This document shows positions 60,385-64,000 of a stretch of 64,000 nucleotides of DNA, piece by piece; positions within the stretch are counted from its first letter, which is position 1; each line of letters starts with the position of its first letter. The position numbers and the translations under genes were made by a program. The notes beneath the pieces were generated by a model, which ran no database searches, was not told the DNA's origin, and saw nothing but the letters and a program-made list of their open reading frames with translations. This DNA comes from Vicugna vicugna (Eukaryota): positions 1,116,001 to 1,180,000 of the forward strand of contig MU058636.1 in NCBI GenBank assembly GCA_013265495.1. Direction: 5' to 3'.

Positions 60385-61320
60385 TTCATTTCTTTTCACT
60401 TTATTTCGTAACAGATTTTCTTCTTCTCAGAACAGTTTAGATTTACAGAAACACTGAGAAGAGAGCTCAGAGGGCGCCCGCACCCCAGCCCTCAGGCCCC
60501 ATTGTTAGCGTCCCGCACTGGGGCAGTGCGGCCGTTATGGCCGATGAGCCAGTGTGGATACGCTGCTGCTAGCTGACGTCCCCAATTCACTCAGATTTCC
60601 TCAATTTTTACCCAGGGTCCCTTTTCTGTTCCAAGACTCCACATTTCACCGGGTTGGCCTGTCCTCTTAGGTTCCTCCTGGTGTGACGGTTTCTCAGATT
60701 TTTCTTCGTTTTCAATGACCTTGATAGTTTTGGGGTGTTGGTCAGTGTCCTGTAAGGTGTCCCTCTGCTGGAGTTTGTCTGCTTTTTCTCATGACTACCC
60801 TGGGGTCATGGGCTTCGGGGGTGCAGACCACCGAGGAGACGCGTCCTTCTCATGACGTCACAGAGGGGGCACATCCGTGAGGCCTCACTGGCCACGCGAC
60901 CTGGAGCCCCTGGCGGAGGTCATGCTTGTCAGGTCCCCCCCCCAACTTGGTTACTCATTTTCTCCCTTTCCACACTGTCCTCTTCGGAAGGAAGTCACCA
61001 GGCAAAGTCCACCCTTAAGGAGTGGAGAATTACTCTCTGACTCCCTGAGGTGCAGGGTCCACAGACATCATTAGAATTCTCCTACAAAGGAGATTTGTCT
61101 CTTCTCACCCGTTTATTCGGGTTTTTCATTCATTTATTTACATTAATATGAACTCATGGATATTTGCTTTATACTTTGGGTCAGAATCCAACACTACTTC
61201 ATTTATTTCGTTGCTCACACTGTCCCAGCTTTGGCCACTGGGAGCTCTTTCTGTTGGCTCCGTGTCCCTTGGACACGGCCCCGCCGACACACTTCCTTGT
61301 TTTCTGACACTACAAGATGT
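60385..61320 (-). mobile_element. Old L1 3' UTR (L1MC/L1MD-like)
   Basis: agtttagatttacagaaa...tttctcagatt...atgaccttgatagtttt...aaggaagtcac...ggagatttgtctcttctc...ccagctttggccactgggagctcttt. Confidence 0.8.
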
Positions 61321-62185
61321 CTTTCAACTTTTCATTTGGGAATAATCATAGGTTCACAGGAAACTGCAAAGACATGTCCAGGGAAGCTGCAGGGACCCCA
61401 GACGTCCCTCGCGTGAACAACCAGCACGACTACAGTACAAGACAAAACCCCGGAAACTGACGTCCGTACGCTCACAGTTTATCCAGACTTCTCCAGCGAC
61501 ACGAACCCTGATTTGTGGGGTGGGGTGTGTGCGTGATTCCATGCAGCTTCACCACACTTGTAGCTTCACGTAAGCATCACACAATCAAGGTAAAGGATGG
61601 TTCAGTTCCCACAGGGCTCCCTCCTGTTACCCTTTGAAGTCATTCCTGCCTCCTTCCACCCTAATCCCGGCAAGTGGAAATCTGCTCTCCATCGCAGTCA
61701 TTTCGTTATTTCAAAACTGTCATATAAATGGAATCACACACAAAATAACATTTGGAGTTGGCTGTTTTCACTCAGCATAATTCCCTGGAGACTCATCCAA
61801 GGTGCTGTGTGGATCCATCCCTCACTCCATTTTACTGCCGTGCAGGGCTCCTCAGTATGGATATAGTGCTGTTGGATCAACCACTCTCCACTGAAAGACA
61901 TCTGTGTACTTTCCAGTTTCAGGGCTGCGACGAATAAAGCTGCAGTGACCACTTGTGTGCATGTTGTCCTTTACATGAGCTCTCATTTCTCTCAGATAAA
62001 CGTCCATGAGAGTGACTGCTTATAATGTAAATCCATTATAAGTTTGAAAAGAAACTGTCATTTTATTTTCCAGAGTGGTGGTATCAATGTGCCTTTCCAG
62101 CGGCAGTGGGCCGGCTGCTCCGCATTCTTGCCAGTGTTTGGCGGTGTCACTATTCTTTATTTCAGCCGTTCTGCTAAGTGTGCCA
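61321..62185 (-). mobile_element. Old L1 (L1MB/MC-like) 3' UTR plus ORF2 end
   Basis: ORF 61734-61952(-), MVTAALFVAALKLE...WMSLQGIMLSE, is a degenerate ORF2p C-terminus; tgtcatataaatggaatcac landmark. Confidence 0.8.
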
Positions 62186-63461
62186 TGAGATCTCTGCCCC
62201 CAGCTAGCTCCCAGCGAAAGTGCTTGAAATGGTTTTCTGGAAAGAGAAAGGAAGGAAGGCAGGCCCCTGCAGAGAAGGCACACATCAATCAAACACCCAG
62301 GACAGCTCCAGCGGGAAGCCAACTGGTCTCCCTACCTCCCCACTGCTCCCGGAAGGATGAAGAAACCTGTCCGGGATGTCCAGATGCTAAGGGCTGACCA
62401 GTGCCCTGGCCAAGAGCATGGCTCCAGGGCCAGGCCCGGCTGGAAGCCCAGGTCCTCTACGCCCCAGCGAGCAGCTGCAGGCAAGAAAGAGAGAGGCAGG
62501 AGGCCCTCAAAACCCCGGGTGCCCGGTCGGCAAATTGAGAATCGTAGTATAATACTGTGACATGGTAATACATACCCTATGAGATATAATAATTATAATA
62601 GTAATATCCTGGGCTCTGAGAGTCAGTGGATGGGGCTGTCTCCCCTGCAGAGTGGCCCTTAGAGATCTTCTGGGCTCTTCTGTGAGCCAGGGGAAGTCCG
62701 AGAAAGACTGTCGGAGGTCAGTACTCCTGGGCCCCAGGTCACCCTCCCACCTTCTTGGAGCCTGGACCCCAGACCTGGTCTGTCCAGGAGCCCAGACAGC
62801 AGGCCGCCAGGCTCCACTGGCCAGGTCCTGGCTAGGGGAGCAGCAGAGCCAGACTGGGCCTGGCCCACAGGACTCATCTGGCAAAATGAAGGTCAAGGCT
62901 AGTCCTCCCCAGGGTATGGCCACCCACCAGCATCCAAAGCCCCCCTGCAGGAGCACCACTGAGCCCCTGGCTGCATTGGGGTCCCCACCCCAGGCAGGCC
63001 AGCATGTCCCTCTAGACTCTGCTGCAGCCACTTCCTCCGTGAGCCACACTGGCTCCTGGTTGAACGTGCAAATTAAACCACCACACAGGATGGGGGAGAG
63101 GACTTTTCATCCTAACAACGCGTTAGGTGCACGTCCTGTGAGGACAGGACCCGCGTCCTTCCGTCGAGTGTCGCTCTGCAGCCCCACAGTCACACCTGGC
63201 ATGACTCCCGCTCCGAGCACTCAGCACCACCTCGGCCGTGCATCACGAGTCTCTTGAGAATCACTTGCTTCGTGTGGAACGTTAGGGTAGTTCAGAGTTG
63301 TTGTAAATATTGTAAATGTCATAGTGACTCACGATGAGAAATAACATCGTGTGTGTGCAAAACACCTGGCTTGCCAAACACACCTATCAAATCACGGCTT
63401 TTGTGTTATTATTACTGTGACTCAGCCTGAAGTGTGGGTTCTCACGGGGGAGGGGTCTCAT

Positions 63462-63480
63462 CAGTGCCCCCTGGTGGCCC
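63462..63480 (-). promoter_or_regulatory. Strong candidate CTCF binding motif, reverse
   Basis: Reverse complement GGGCCACCAGGGGGCACTG; the core CCACCAGGGGGC is identical to the consensus. Confidence 0.65.
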
Positions 63481-63559
63481 CTGAGGGGTAACGTCCCCTT
63501 CCACTTCACCTGCGCCCCTGCAGTAAGCCCACTTCTGCACCCCAGGTGCCTGAGTGCCC

Positions 63560-63670
63560 ACACTCACAATGACCCCTTTTTATGGGTGAGGAAATGGGGT
63601 TCCCTCCGTTCACAGGTGGCAGAGCCAGGACCCACCCTCAGTGATTTCTGGCTCCAGACCCAAGGCCCAT
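63560..63670 (-). mobile_element. MIR fragment
   Basis: ctcacaatgacc...tttttatgggtgaggaaatgggg...gtggcagagccagga...ctggctccaga. Confidence 0.5.
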
Positions 63671-64000
63671 CCCACCAGCCTGGCCCTCCCTGTTTGCAGG
63701 AGTTTTATGTGGTAGCAATTTGGTTTGGTTTTTTTTAATACAGCATGATGACTGCGTCTTCCATTTACAGCATCACAGAATCTGACACAATGGAAAGGGG
63801 AGCAAGAAGCTGCCAAGTCCCAACTCAGAGACGGGCTTGGCTGCTTCCTCGCGTTGGTTGGTTTCTGTTTCACTGCAGCCCTGAGTCTCCTGCCAGGGGC
63901 CAGCCTGGCACTGACCCAGACCTGGCCTCAGACCCCAGGTCTCCTGTTGTCCACGCTCCTGATCCCAGGGCGAGGGGCTTCTGCTTCCCAGGCAGCACAG

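Noticed and set aside
222..63873. The long ORFs in the six-frame track (e.g. 1206-1853, 3229-3831, 43077-43715, 62652-63257) as protein-coding genes
   Set aside because: They have no recognisable domains, show low-complexity P/G/S/R/A composition typical of GC-rich non-coding DNA, overlap in several frames, and many start at non-ATG codons. Only the L1 ORF2 fragments are recognisable.
1..64000. Naming the host gene or locus
   Set aside because: No exon or diagnostic sequence was recognised. It needs a BLAT of the unique blocks (e.g. 35380-35900, 44370-45030) against an annotated genome.

Overview
This is a mammalian, non-coding window (intron or gene desert) with no supportable protein-coding gene, RNA gene or CRISPR array. 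It is probably camelid: three tRNA-Ala(AGC)-derived SINEs have the camelid Vic-1-type head, and the young L1 3' ends look artiodactyl. Much of the window is interspersed repeat: young and old L1, L2, MIR, MaLR/ERVL/ERV1 solo LTRs and MER5/Tigger/hAT remnants, several nested and some with readable target-site duplications (TSDs). Repeat family names come from recalled consensus sequences and need Dfam/RepeatMasker confirmation. The only ORFs with recognisable homology are L1 ORF2 C-terminal fragments. I did not find a clearly new gene system. The most unusual signals are: (1) several short insertions that look copied from nearby DNA, the clearest being a perfect 21-bp inverted copy of flanking DNA inside an L1 tail; (2) a perfect 17-bp hairpin whose loop repeats upstream sequence; (3) strong local AT-to-GC drift in old L1 remnants, suggesting GC-biased gene conversion; (4) repeat-free blocks dense in homeodomain or TALE motifs, plus strong CTCF motifs, suggesting a developmental enhancer landscape.
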